Assembly (NCBI GenBank): GCA_951406725.2
Contig: OX597831.1
Location: 29,078,001-29,142,000, forward strand
Reading direction: 5' to 3'
Source: Octopus vulgaris
Lineage: Eukaryota
DNA: 64,000 nt
Shown: piece by piece, positions 13,679 through 26,586 of the stretch
Layout of the letters: each line of letters begins with the position of its first letter
Numbering within the stretch: the stretch's first letter is position 1
Translations under genes and position numbers: made by a program
Notes under the pieces: model-generated
Seen by the model: the letters and a program-made list of their open reading frames with translations, nothing else
Told to the model about the DNA's origin: nothing
The model's database searches: none

Positions 13679-13940
13679 ACAATAACCACTTGGAAACGTG
13701 TGCGCGCACACACACAGAGGTTTCTTTCAGCTTCCGTTACACAATCAACAGGCAATATTCACCTCATTCTGCTTGAACCTTTGCACATCTTCCAACTTCA
13801 ATATTATATGGTACACCACATTGCTTACAGCTGCTCCCTTCAGTTCTCTTCATACCTGGGTTACTGCCTCAACCCTTTTAATACCCAACTACCTACCTTC
13901 AACTCCCTTAATACCCAGTTACTTCATCCAATATTTTAAA

Positions 13941-14334
13941 CAGGGCTTCTCAATCTTTTTTTAGTATTTGGGCCAAACCTAAAAGCTGGATTTTTTCAGG
14001 GCATTGCATCAAAAATAGGAAAATTTATTATGTTTATCAAAGGAAGATCATCAAGGGCTGCTGGAAGGATGATTGAGGGCTGCAAGAAGGATGATTGGGG
14101 ATTGCTAGAAAGATGCTTGAGGGCTGCAAGAAGTATGCTTGAGGGCTGCCAGAAGGATGATTGGGGATTGCTAGAAAGATGCTTGAGGACTGGTGGAAGG
14201 ATGCTTGAGGGCTGTGGGAGGGATACTTGAGAGCCACTGGAAGGATGTATGAGGGCTGCTGGAAAGATGCTTGAGAGCTGCTGGAAGGATTCTTGAGGGC
14301 ATGTGGCCCTCGGAGCCACAGTTGAGGACTGCTG
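13941..14334. mobile_element. hAT (Charlie-like) MITE containing a 22-bp tandem array (gagggctgctggaaggatgctt)
   Basis: Ends cagggcttctcaa / ttgaggactgctg; about 11 repeats at 14050-14300. Confidence 0.6.
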
Positions 14335-15169
14335 ATCTTAACCCTTCCTATAAGGGAGCAAAGCATATTCACTACTTCACTACTGTAAATGTGCATTTAA
14401 GACACAACAAATGAATTGACTCATTTTTGATAGTGGGGTACTGTCCAAAATTCTTTACATTTCATATGACTTATTTTATTTTCTGCTGGCCAACAGAAAG
14501 AGTTTGCAAGAACTGATTTGCATATGAATAGCATATTATATCACCAGTAAAACTTTATTCAGTGCAGAGAGAGATAATTCTCAGCTACTCCTCTCTCATC
14601 TCACATACAGGGCCAACTTACAGCAGCAATTATAGGCCCCAGTGCAAATCAATGCCCTGGGCCCTATAATATTTATTTACTGACAGCAACCACAACATAC
14701 ATCATCATCATCATCATCCTCATTTAATGTCTGTTTTCCATGCTGGCATGGGTTGGACGCTTTGGCCAGAGCTGGCAAGCTGGAAAGCTGCACCAGGTTC
14801 CAATCTGATTTGCCTCGGTTTCTACAGCTGGATGCCCTTCCTAATACTAACCACTTTACAATATGTGCCGGGTACTTTTAATGTGACACCAGCATTGAGC
14901 ACTTCCATGTGGTGCCGGGACAGGTGCTTTTTTTATGTGACATCGCCACAGAACATAGATCAGAACCGGGTCCTTAGTTCTGTGCAGCCAATGTGGCCAT
15001 GGCTTAGAAAAGCACTGCAGACATGTATTCTAACATCAACCAGTCAGCATCACCTGTTGCACAGTCTACTTTGATTCAGAGAGTGAGTGAGGAGTGAAAG
15101 AATGCAGGAGGGAGAGAGAGAGAGAGATCATTGTTGTTGTCAACAGACTCGATAGCTGTCTAAACTTAC

Positions 15170-15283
15170 CTCTGCTTCGGTCATACTGTAACTATGACAT
15201 CCTCACTATAACCCCACCCCCATAGCATTAATTAAGTCTCCTAGGTAACAGACACTATCCATCTGTTCCACGTAATTAAAAAC
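15170..15283 (-). mobile_element. Degraded RTE-clade LINE reverse-transcriptase fragment
   Basis: Translates VEQMDSVCYLGDLINAMG, resembling the RTE motif EVVDSFCYLGD.IS.GG. Confidence 0.55.
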
Positions 15284-15960
15284 TGACAAATATAACAATT
15301 GAATAGGTTTCTGTTTGCTTCCTAAAAATAAATAATTACGAATAATTAACAAATATATTTTGCCAAGTATGTAAATATCTGTCTGGGTAATAGTAACAAT
15401 AATAATAATCCTTTCTACTATAGGCAAAAGGCCTGAAATTTGGTGGAAGGGGACTAGTCGATCACATTAACCCCAGTGTTTCACTGGTACTTAATTTATC
15501 GACACCAAAAGGACGAAAGGCAATGTTGACCTCAGCAGAATTTGAACTCAGGAAATAAAGACAGACAATATACAATTAAGCATTTTGCCCAGCATGCTAA
15601 TGATACAGCCAGCTCACCACAAGTAATTTTTAACACAAGATTACACACTGTTTGGGGGGGGGGCAAAGAAAAACCTGATTATAATGTTAACCTCAGCAGG
15701 AATTGAACAGGTATACATACACAAGTTTGCCCCACTCCACTGATTTTGTTTTCATTTAAAAATTAATGTTTTAATGAAATTTTCTAGAAATAGCTGTGGT
15801 AGTGGCTGTGTGGTAAGTAGCTTGCTTACCAACCACATGGTTCTGGGTTCAGTCCCACTGTGTGGCACCTTGGGCAAGTGTCTTCTTATATAGCCTTGGG
15901 CCAACCAAAGCCTTGTGAGTGGATCTGGTAGACAGAAACTGAAAGAAGCCCATTGTATAA

Positions 15961-16003
<43 letters not shown>

Positions 16004-17189
16004 TATGTGTGTGTGTATATGTTTGTGTTTCTGTGTTTGCCTCCAACATCGCTTGACAGCCGATGCTGGTGTGTTTATGTTCCCGTAACTTAGCGGTTCG
16101 GCAAAAGAGGCCGATAGAATAAGTACTACACTCTTGGAGTGGTTGGCGTTAGGAAGGGCATCCAGCTGTAGAAACTTTGCCAGATCAGATTGGAACCTGG
16201 TGCAGCCTTCTGATTGAGGGCTTGCCAGCCCTCAGTCAAACCGTCCAACTAATGCCAGCAATGAAAGTAGATATTAGACAACGATGATGATGATATATAT
16301 ACTCCTGTGTGTGTGTGTGTATATTTGTGTCTGTGTTTGTATCCTCACCATCGCTTGACAACCAATGTTGATGTGTTTATGTCCCCGTAAACAAAAGAGA
16401 CTAACACAATAAGTACTAGGCTTACAAAGAATAAGCCCTGGGGGTCAATTTCTTTGACTTAAAAAAATCCCTTTGAGGCGGTGCTCCAGCATGGCCACAG
16501 CCAAATGACTCAAACAATTACAAGAATAAAGTAATATATATGTATGTACACATATGTACTTTTAAACTAAATCTGGTCCCAGTTGATTTCCACTTTATCA
16601 TCAGATGCCTTATTCCTGGATTTGTACATGTCACCAGACTGGATTAGCACTAATGAATATTCTTAGTTTAAATTCCAGTCTGGCACTATGCACACATTCT
16701 TATATAAGACACCCATTGGCGCCGAGATATCAGACCATCCAAAGTAAGGTGTTGGTAATTTTGTTTGCTAACCTTTTCAATCAGTTTGTACAACAGGCAG
16801 TGTAGATGTGAATATCAATCCTTTTTAATCATCTCTAACAATCAAGTTAATAGGGTTGCTAACTGGTGAAGGCGCATGGCTTAGTGGTTAGGGTATGCAG
16901 CTCATGATCGTAAGGATGCGAGTTCGATTCCTGATGGTGCGTTGTGTCCTTGAGCAAGACACTTTATTTCACATTGCTCCAGTCCACTCAGCCGGCAAAA
17001 AAATGAGTAGTACCAGTAATTTTAAGAGCCAGCCTTGTCACATTCTGTGCCCCTCTGAATCTCGCTGAGAAGCGGGTATGCATGTCTGTGGAGCACTCAG
17101 CCACTTATATGTTAATTTCACATGCAGGCTCTTCTGTTGATCCAGACCAAATGGAACTCTCGTTGTCATAATTGACAAAGTTCCAGTCA

Positions 17190-17610
17190 CTATCAGGTGA
17201 TGAGGGCCATTGATAGAGGATTTATTAACAACTGATGAGGGCCGATGGTAGATGGGTTACTAATAGCTGATGGGGGCCAATAATAGATGAGTTACTAACA
17301 GGTGATGAGGGCCTGTCCAGGATGGGTTACTAACAAGCAATGAGGGCCAGTGATAGGTGAGTTACTAACAGGTGATGAGGGCCTGTGCAGGATGGGTTAC
17401 TAACAGGTGTTGAAGGCCAATGGTAGATGGGTTACTAACAGCTGATGGAGGCCAATAATAGATGAGTTACTAACAGGTGATGAGGGCCTGTCCAGGATGG
17501 GTTACTAACAGGCAATGAGGGCCAGTGATAGGTGAATTACTAACAGGTGATGAGGGCCATTGACAGATGGGTTACTAACAGGTGATGGGGACCAGTTTTA
17601 GATGTTTTTA
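17190..17610. repeat. 35-bp minisatellite (gttactaacaggtgatgagggcc...), about 12 copies
   Basis: Period read directly (17291 to 17326). Confidence 0.9.
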
Positions 17611-20600
17611 GACGCCACAAGACTTGAGTCAAACAATTTGTTGAAAGGAAAATGGAAGTTGTAAATGGTAGCTGTAAACGATTTTCTGAATTATTCCATT
17701 GTCACCACCACCGTGACCACGACCACCACCACTACCATCATCATTGTTGCTATCATTGCCAATCATTATTAGTGTTGGCAACTGTAATTATCCAAGTCAC
17801 CATTAACTTCTCTACTGAAATATAATGGCTATGGGTTTGTGCTATCACATCTCTTTCTACTTGTCTCCCCTTTGGCATCAGTGTTTGTCACACCGCAGAT
17901 CGAATATATCAAAACAGCTTGATACACACACTTACATGTACATGTGTGCATGTATATGTGTGTACACATGCGTGCATTTACATGTGTATATGTATACACA
18001 AACACACACACATACATACACACATTTACACACATATCTATTGCAAAAGTACAAACATACACGTACACATATATATACACTGAATGAGGAGAGAGGAGAA
18101 GGTAACTGGGTCTATTTGATGCTAAACGACACCAATTATTGTTCTGCAGGAAACTGCTAACCCATAACTGTAAACTGTTCAACAACAAGATAAAACTGTT
18201 GGCAAATAATGAGTTACAGAGAGGGAGGGGGGGCAAAAGTGCTTGTTTGGCACGGTTCCATCAACAGCTTAGCTTTCAGGCAGAATTTGGCAGAATTTGA
18301 AGCGTTATTTATGTATTTTTCCTTGCAGCCAGATGATATATTTATTGTGTGTAGGAGAAAGGTGTCAGAGTGAATAGCCATATTGTATGAAAATGGTGGA
18401 GCAGGTTGTGGAGAATGGGTTAAATAGGGGCACTCTTGTTTTTGGTGCAGAGTGTCATGGCCGGAAACTCGAAACATAGTGGTTGTTTTTGTTCTCTGGC
18501 CCTAACTCAACACTGACGTACTAGACTTATGATCAAATCCATTCCAGATGTGCCCTTGCCATTTGTTTAGGGATAATTTTCTGTCTTTTCTTTCGCTTGT
18601 TTTCACCATTAGGCTGCAACCATGCTGGAGCGCTACCTTGAATGGTTTAGTCAAACAAGTTGACCGCACTACTCTTTTGCTGAGTCGCTGAGTTATGTGG
18701 ACATAAACAAACCAACACTGGTTGTCAAACAGTGGTGGGGAAAAAACACAGACACAATCGCACACACACACACTCATATGACAGACTTCCACACATTTTC
18801 CATCTATCAAATTTCCTCACAAGGCATTGGTCAGCCCAGGGCTGTAGTAGAAAGCACTTGTCATAAGTGCTATGCAGTGAGAGTTAATTCAAAGTCATAC
18901 GGTTGCAAAACAAGCTTCTTAATCACAGTCATATAACGCCGAGCTTAAACCCATACATATACACACACTAATCTTCCTACGGCTTCTGTTTATCAAATTC
19001 ACTCACAAAGCATTGGCCAATATGAGGTTATAGTCATAAGACACTTGTCCGAGGTGTGTATGTGACAAACCAATAACACATGAATGATCTGAGTTCAAAT
19101 TCCGCTGAAGTCGACTTTTCCTTTCATCCTTGGCCCCCACCCCCCAAATTTTGGGCCTTGTGCCTGGAGTAGAGAAGAATGTTACATGAATGAAGGTGAT
19201 AAGCTGGTCAAATCATTAACACGCTGGTCAAAATGGTTTAGCAGTATTTCTTCTGACTCTTCACATCCCTAGTTCAAATCCTGCCGAGGTCAACTTTGCC
19301 TTTCGCCCTTTTAGGGTCAATAAAATAAAGAACTGCTCAAGAATTGGTGGATGGTGGTGGTGGTGGTGGGGTGATGTAATTGGCTGACCCCCTACACATC
19401 AAGCTTGCTGGCCATGTACCAAAATTAGAAAGAATTTTCCAAGGACGAAGCCAACCAACTGATTTGATGGATGGCAGGAAGCAGTGAGGCCTTTGAGTGA
19501 CCCATGCTAGTCTCAAAGAATTGATTACTGAATCGCAATGAAGTCAACATTTATTATTAACAAAATCAGGCAGTTAGCTGAGTGAATTGTTACTGTGTTG
19601 GACCAAATGTTTTCTTTTACCCAAAGCCAGGGACTTTTCAGCACCCCTTCATAATCCTCATTGAAACCAGAGGTAACAAGGCAGTTCATCTTATAAGGGC
19701 AAGGTTGTTTATGGAAGACCAGCAGTCGCCCTTACATAGCAGCCTCCCTCCTCCACGCCACCTATGTTATCCAAGGGAAAGGCAAAGGTCAATATACCCT
19801 GGCACCAGTGACATCGCAACTCATCTGAGCGAACTGGAGTAATGTGAAATAAAGTGTCTTGCTCAAGCACAGAACACACAGCCAAGTCTGGGAATTGAAC
19901 TCCTTCATGATTGTGAGCCCATTGCTCTAACCACTGAGCCAAGCACCTTCACACACACACATACAGATACAGATATATATATATATCTGTATGTGAGTCC
20001 ATCCCATGGCCTTTGCCAGGGATGTAGCCAGCCCAATTATACATGCCTTTCCTTCCTTGGACACGTGAAGACCCGTTGAGGCAAGTGAAGTCGAAATTGT
20101 ATTCGAAATCGAACCTCATCTGATGACTAGCACCCATGCCAACCTCCCTTCATTGGACACTAAACTCTGCTGGGGCAAGTGAAATCGGAATCAAATTTGA
20201 ACCAATCCTATGACTGGCACCAGGCAGTTGCCAGTGCCATTGGACTGACTCCTGTGCAGGTGACAAGTAAAGAAACATCGTTTCGACCCTGTGCTTGAGG
20301 AGACCTATTGAGTCAAGTACATCAACATCAAAAATCAATGGAAATTGTTGTTGTGATCCCTGTGCCGATGGTATGTAAAAAGCACCATCCGAACGTGGCC
20401 AATGCCAGTGCCGCCCTGACTGGCTTCCGTGCTGGTGGCACGTAAAAAGCACCAATCAATCATGGTTGTTGCCAGCCTTGCCTGGCACGTAAAAAGCACC
20501 CACTACACTCATGGAGTGGTTGGCGTTGGGAAGGGCATCCGGCTGTAGAAACACTGCCTGATCAGTCTGGAGCCTGGTGCAGCCTCCTGGCTTCCCAGAC

Positions 20601-21553
20601 CCGGTCGAACCGTCCAACCCATGCTAGCATGGAAAACGGACGTTAAACGATGATGATGATATATATATATATCCATCTATCCACCGAGATATTCACCCAC
20701 CTACCCACTCATCCTAAATCCATTCATCCATGTTTTGACTGTGACTTCGCTTATTCAAATTGTTAAAAAATAATAACCTTAAAAATAAATGTGTGTGTAT
20801 GTATGCCTTTGTGCATATGTGTGAGTGTGTGCACATGTGTGTGTTCACACTGATGCATCACGCAATTTGAGCTATGTCCAAAACAAGATCTGCTGACTGA
20901 CAGACAAAACCTCCACTCACAAATACAGCATACAACAAAAACAGCAACAACAGCAACTGTAACAACCACAGCTAATGGTTAATTAAATAGTTGATTAACT
21001 GAGATTAGTTGCTGTTAATACGATTATAATTTTTCACACTATTAACTTCATTGTTACACATGAAACATTTTTACATATATCAATGTAAATGTGTAACTCT
21101 GATGGAGTTGCCTTCCAATCAGAGGAAATGTCAGCCTGTTCAACAAGCCAGTGGGGTGGCATCATTTGAAAGCTATAACTTGATGCAAAGCACATTTTGG
21201 TCAGGGTGGCTGTGCGGTAAGAAGCTTACTTCCCAACCACACGGTCGTGAGTTCAGTCCCACCGCATGGCACCTTTGGCAAGTGTCTTCTACTATACCCT
21301 TGGGCCTTTCAAAACCTTGTGAGTGGATTTGGTAGGCGGAAACTGAAATAAGTCTGTCGTATATATACACATATATATATATATACATATGCATGTACGT
21401 ATATGTTTGTGTGTGACTAGGGTGTTAAAGAGCACTACCATTGCTAGAAATAAGAGCTAAAATGCTCTAATGCTGTAGTTAACGCACATGGATGAAAACA
21501 TATACGCTAACAGGGATCATAATTGTTCCAAAAATGCCAACCAAGAATTCTCA

Positions 21554-21804
21554 GTACATTATTTACATTTGATGGATATTTGTCCTCGTCTTGTTTGTTG
21601 TTAACACAATGTTTCGGCTGATATATCCTCCAGCCTTCTTCAGTTGTCTTGGGGAAATTTCAAACCTGGGTTCTCATTCCTAAGGCATTTTTCGATGCTA
21701 TTAATATTATTATTATTATTGTTAAGGTCAGTGCTTGGAATCAAACTCAGAATCTTGGGATTAGTAGCCCGCGCTCTTAACCACTACGCCATATGCCCGT
21801 GGGC
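21554..21804 (-). mobile_element. SINE family E (tRNA head + hammerhead-bearing tail)
   Basis: Minus: gggcatatggcgtagtggttaagagcgcgggctactaa..gagtttgattcca, then CTGAAGA-aggctg..cagcc-GAAA at 21603-21648. Confidence 0.8.
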
Positions 21805-22254
21805 TTTTTCTCAGTTTTAGCAATTTCCATTGCTATCGTCAGTTAAACCAGCTTGGTGTTCAGCTATTTCTGGACCTGTTTCGCTATTAGTATATTTAAT
21901 ATATACATTTTTGCCATCCAAATTAATGGATAAGTTAACAATTCTCTAATGTGTATACACAAAATTAATGTAAACAGCAGGTTGTAATGTTTCACCTGAA
22001 GTATAACTAGATGGGGTGGGACAGTGTTGTTTATGCCCTACAGATTAAGGACACCAATGTGGTTTACATTATGTTTGGGCATCTGTAGGACAGTGTCAAT
22101 AGGGAAAATTTAGGCAGGTGATGAAAATTTTCCAGGGGACTATAAAGTTGTGAGATGAAAGGACTAGGTAATGTAGGGATTAGTGAAGTGAGGCAGAGTA
22201 AGAATTATGTGATGAGGACAGACAGGTATTTTGAGTAAATTTGGACAGCAGAAG

Positions 22255-22670
22255 GTAAACATTATTTACATTATTTACATTGTTTGCATTCGACGGATAT
22301 TTGTCCTCATCTTTGTTGTTGATACGTTTTGGCTGATATATCCTCCAGCCTTCTTCAAGTGTCTTGGGGAAATTTCGAACCACTACGCCATATACCCATG
22401 GGCATATGGCGTAGTGGTTAAGAGCGCGGGCTACTAACTCCAAGATTCCGAGTTTGATTCCAAGAAGTGACCTGAACACTAAAATTAATAATAATAATAA
22501 TAACATCAAAAAATACCTTAGGAATGAAAACCCAGGTTCGAAATTTCCTCAAGACACCTGAAGAAGGCTGGAGGATATATCAGCCGAAATGTGTTAACAA
22601 CAAACAAGATGAGGACAAATGTCCGTCAAATGTAAATAATGTACATAATTCCTCATCTCCTAAATATAGA
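22255..22670 (+). mobile_element. SINE family E, forward copy preceded by an inverted partial copy
   Basis: 22260-22397 is the reverse complement of tail + head pieces of 22400-22640; palindrome centre cccatggg. Confidence 0.8.
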
Positions 22671-23148
22671 AGGTAAACAGTTTCTTCACTAAAGGAACAA
22701 AGGCTGTGGTAGTAGCAGTGTAAGAGTGAGAGGGAGGAGACACAAGTTTAATAAACTACCAAATTAACAGTTAATTATCACTGTGTCATCATACTGAGCA
22801 GACTATCAGATGTTGTAATACACCACTTGTCACAATGTGCTTCCTTGCGTTGTTGTAGCATTCAAATAATGCCAACTCACTGGGTAAGCAGGGAGGCCAA
22901 CATTTCACCTGAACAGAACACCAATCTATCACAGGATTACTTATTTACAGCTGGGTGGACTGGAGTAATATGAAATGAAGTGTTTTGCTCAAGAACACAG
23001 TGCAACACCAACCTGGGAATTGAACCCACAATCTTATAATTACGAGTGCAACATCTTAGCCATTAATTACGTCTATCCAAACAATGTAGATATTTTTCAG
23101 TTATTTAAATAAAAAAACAAAAAAGCAAAAGGTATCCATTATACTCAC

Positions 23149-23256
23149 CCCTTTATCATATACAAGAACTTTGAGAGATTTCTGCCCCTTGTAGTCTTCG
23201 GCAAGTTCGCCCTCGCGCCATACTAGGGTGTCGTCACGTATCCATATTTTTGCATG
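23149..23256 (-). CDS. MYO5: Unconventional myosin V, exon 2 (N-terminal SH3-like subdomain): HAKIWIRDDTLVWREGELAEDYKGQKSLKVLVYDKG
   Basis: Minus strand has a polypyrimidine tract + ctacag acceptor, 108 bp open in phase 0, and a GGG|gtgagt donor. The peptide resembles vertebrate myosin Va exon 2 ([29 protein letters not shown]..., recalled from memory), which is also phase 0/0. Confidence 0.88.
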
Positions 23257-23474
23257 CTGTAGAAAAAAAAGAACAAAAAAAAAAACAGGTCATTAATTAT
23301 TTAAGATATTTATTTATTTATTTATTGTAAGCTGTAATTCCAAATATTTAGTTTGGAAATATGTTAGACAGTGAGAAGGGAGGGGGAATAAATGATGCAA
23401 ACGTACAATAGGAGAACAATGCCAACAAGAACAATTTCAACAACATTAATAATAAACCACTGAATTTCCTTTTC

Positions 23475-23543
<69 letters not shown>

Positions 23544-23657
23544 GTATATATATATGATATATATGTGTGTGTGTATATATATATAGCAAAATGTACTAAA
23601 ACTATATATTTCATATTGTCAGTAAACTGAGAAAATTAGGGCTTATGTGATGTGATA

Positions 23658-23698
<41 letters not shown>

Positions 23699-24198
23699 TG
23701 TGTATGTGTGCATGGATGTATGAGAGTGAGTGAATGTATATCACTGACAATAGAGCTTTTACTATAGACACGTGATGAGGCCAGAACGATAGCGGGGAGG
23801 AGATGAAATAGGTATTGTGAACTATACTGGTGATGGAGGGATGTGAGTTTTACGTATCAGTACGTGCGTATGTGTAGTGGATGTGCATGCGTATGTGCGT
23901 GCATATGCGTGTTTGTTTACGTCCGTGCTTACTTATTCAACTGCTACGACGTACAAGCAGTGTCGCTGTTAGCATTCCTCCTGTCAATAACTTGTCTACA
24001 AGCTTTGTGCTTTTGACGATGTGTGACGTAAGAGGTCCCTTACTTGAAAAACAGGGAAAGGTTAGCATGAAGAAGGGCACCTGGCTGTAAGACAATGCCT
24101 ATTCATTTAACCCCTATTAGCAAGGAAAAACAGATATAAAACAAATGAATGAGTGAACATATACACTTCCCTCTCTCTCTCTCATTCTCATATATATA

Positions 24199-24302
24199 TA
24201 TATTACATACATATAAGAGGGGAGGACCACTAAGTGGACATCTATTATGCTAGAAGTCGACTGTCCACTTAGTGGTCATCCCTCTTATATGTATGTAATA
24301 TA
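24199..24302. repeat. Near-perfect hairpin, about 41-bp arms, 21-nt loop
   Basis: tatattacatacatataagaggggaggaccactaagtggaca / tgtccacttagtggtcatccctcttatatgtatgtaatata. Confidence 0.9.
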
Positions 24303-24400
24303 ATTTTTCTGAATCTTCAGATTCTTCTATACACTAGACCACAGGTTTTAAATTGATATTAATCAAATTAATATTCAATTTTTCACCCTTATTATTTTAA

Positions 24401-24449
<49 letters not shown>

Positions 24450-26150
24450 TATACACATAAGTAGTTTTAGAGACAGAACCACCTTCAACTCAATCAACAC
24501 TGAAGGATTTTATACCCGACCACTCCATAAAATGTTAAATATTAAATCTTATACTAACTATTCTGAATCCTGTACTTTCCGTTTATAAGACTACACATGT
24601 TTCATGAAAGTACGTTGGTATTGATTAGATATGAGGTATCTAGTTTCAATACTTAATCAGGTTGACATAGTCCCAATCTTCAGGTCTATATATATATAGT
24701 TTTATCCTTTTACTTGTTTCAATCATTTGACTGCGACCATGTTGGAGCACCACCCTGAAGAATTTTAGTTAAAGAAATTGACCCCAAGACTTATTCTTTG
24801 TAAGCCTAGTGCTTATTCTATCGGTCTCTTTCAGCAAATTGCTAAGTTGTGGGACGTAAACACATCAACGCCAGTTGGCAAGTGGCGATGGCTGGGAACA
24901 AACACAGACACTAAGACATACACACATAGATACACACACACACACACATATATATATGACAGGCGTCTTCCAGTTTCCGTCTACCAAATCCACTCACAAG
25001 GCTTTGGTCAGTCCAAGGTTATAGTAGAAGACACTTACCCAGTGTGTCACGCAGTGGGACTGAACCCGGAACCATGTGGTTGGCAAGCAAACCTCTTACC
25101 ACACAACCACACCTGTCATGTGATTGAGCAGACATTTGGATGTTGTTATATATCACTGTTCACAATGCGCTTCGCATTGTTTTAGCTTTCGACTGATGCC
25201 ATCCTGCTGGCTGGGGGAGCAGGCCAACATTCCCCCCTGATCAGAAAGCTAATCCATTGCAGGGTTACCACCTTACAGGTGACTGGATTGGAGCAACATG
25301 AAATGAAATGATTTGTTCAAGAACACAACACACCACTTGGTCTGGAAATTGAACCCATAGTCTACCAGTCATAAATGCAACACCCTAACCACTAGGCTAC
25401 ACGCCTTCACATATCTTTTACTGGTTTCAGTCAACTAACTACAGCCATACTGGGGTGCTGAAGGGTTCTAGTCAAACAGATCAAATCCAGGACTTTTTAT
25501 TTTAAGCCTAGTATCTATTTTATCAGTCTTGTTTGCTGAACCACTAAGTTACAAGGACATAAACATAGACACGAAGACATGCACACATAGATATATACAT
25601 CCAGCCATAGAAACCACGCCAAAATCAGACTGGAGCCTGGTACATCTCTCCGGCTTATCAGCTCCAGTCAAACCATCTAACCCATGCCAGCATGAAAAAA
25701 AATGGGCATTAAATAATGATGATGATGATGTACAATGGGCTTCTTTCAGTTTCCGTCTACCAAATCCATTCAAAAGGCTTTGGTCAGCTTGAGCCTATAG
25801 AAGAAAACACATGCTGAAGGTGCCACGCACTGGGATTGAACCAGGAACCATGTGGTTGGGAAGTAGAGCTAAGAGAAATACCTCAGTAGCCAGTGGCAAC
25901 ATTTTGGACTACAGAGACAAATAACGCATATCAATGCCATGCAATGAAAATTCTTGATTTATTTAAATTATCTCTGCTTTTAGAGCTTGTATCATAATTA
26001 ATAAATGGTAATTAAAGCCAGCTCCACTTGACAATCTCAAGAATGGAGAATTCTCTAAATCGGATATGCCATTAAAGAAATGGACAGGCTTATTGTCATA
26101 CAAACACACACACACTCAAACAAGTGTGTGTGAGAGAGAGATAGATAGAT

Positions 26151-26197
<47 letters not shown>

Positions 26198-26586
26198 TAA
26201 GCAAATGTATCAGTATGAATTTTTCAATCATCATTTAATGCCCGCTTTCCATGCTGGTATGGGTTAGGTGGTTTGATTGGAACTGGTAGGCCGGAGAGCT
26301 ACACCAGGTTCAAGTCTGATTTGTCATGGTTTCAACCACTGGATGCCCTTACAAACGCCAACCACTCCAAGAGTGTAATGGGTGCTCTTTATGTGCCACT
26401 AGCACAGGTGCCGTTTACATGACACTGATAATGGCCGTGACCATGGTTTCACTTGGCTTGATGAGTCTTCTCAAGCACAGCACAATTGCCAACCGTCTCG
26501 GTCACTGGTCAGTTAGTAACATAAATACAATCTGTAATCTGTATATTGAGTATTTCTTTTACAAATCATACCAGTTGCTGCTACTA

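Noticed and set aside
17190-17610. CRISPR-like 35-bp period and ctgatgag motifs
   Set aside because: Contiguous tandem units without unique spacers in eukaryotic DNA; no GAAA half of a hammerhead.
21805-21920. Hammerhead half-motifs on minus (GAAACAGGTC; CTGACGA + hairpin)
   Set aside because: The halves do not assemble into one complete fold; probably retroelement debris.
1-23148. Myosin V exon 3 (LRNPDILVGENDLT...)
   Set aside because: Not found by eye. It probably lies beyond the window's left edge; tBLASTn is needed to confirm.
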